Below the pieces are notes generated by a model. That model was not told the origin of the DNA. It did no database searches and worked only from the letters and a program-made list of their open reading frames with translations. From assembly GCA_051294905.1 (NCBI GenBank), contig CM119371.1, forward strand, positions 16,432,001 to 16,496,000: 64,000 bases of DNA, given 5' to 3'. Source of the stretch: Botryllus schlosseri (Eukaryota). Positions 63,890-64,000 of the stretch are shown here, piece by piece. Position 1 is the first letter of the stretch; each line of letters opens with the position of its first letter. Position numbers and translations under genes: made by a program.

Positions 63890-64000
63890 ATATATCTTGA
63901 ATGTTAACATGGTTAACGATAATGCTACACATCATATGATGACCTGTTTTTAGTAGCATACAACATATATCACTTGAGTTCGTCTCAAATTTCTCAGATT

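Overview
Eukaryotic (animal, most likely invertebrate) genomic DNA: AT-rich, GT-AG spliceosomal introns, very dense in DNA-transposon relics, no prokaryotic gene structure and no CRISPR. (1) 1-16261 is the visible part of a Maverick/Polinton-like non-autonomous element with near-identical inverted arms inferred to be ~2.9 kb each. Its right arm is split by an 8.6-kb hAT element (5621-14257, TSD CTATGGAC, truncated BED-finger transposase). The hAT in turn carries a 6.3-kb EnSpm/CACTA element (7382-13709, TSD TG) with a spliced SAMD3-like accessory gene and large subterminal arrays. (2) From 16590 to ~45720 the + strand holds the 3' part of a probable NLR/NACHT-type gene: winged-helix/HD2-like exons followed by at least 15 divergent phase-0 exons. 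(3) From 47535 to 62976 there are short phase-1 proline-rich exons of a second, incomplete gene. (4) Introns and intergenic space contain >20 hAT-type MITEs with readable 8-bp TSDs, often nested, plus tRNA-derived SINEs and LINE-like 3' ends. All calls come from reading the sequence by eye; protein-family assignments are motif-level and need database confirmation.
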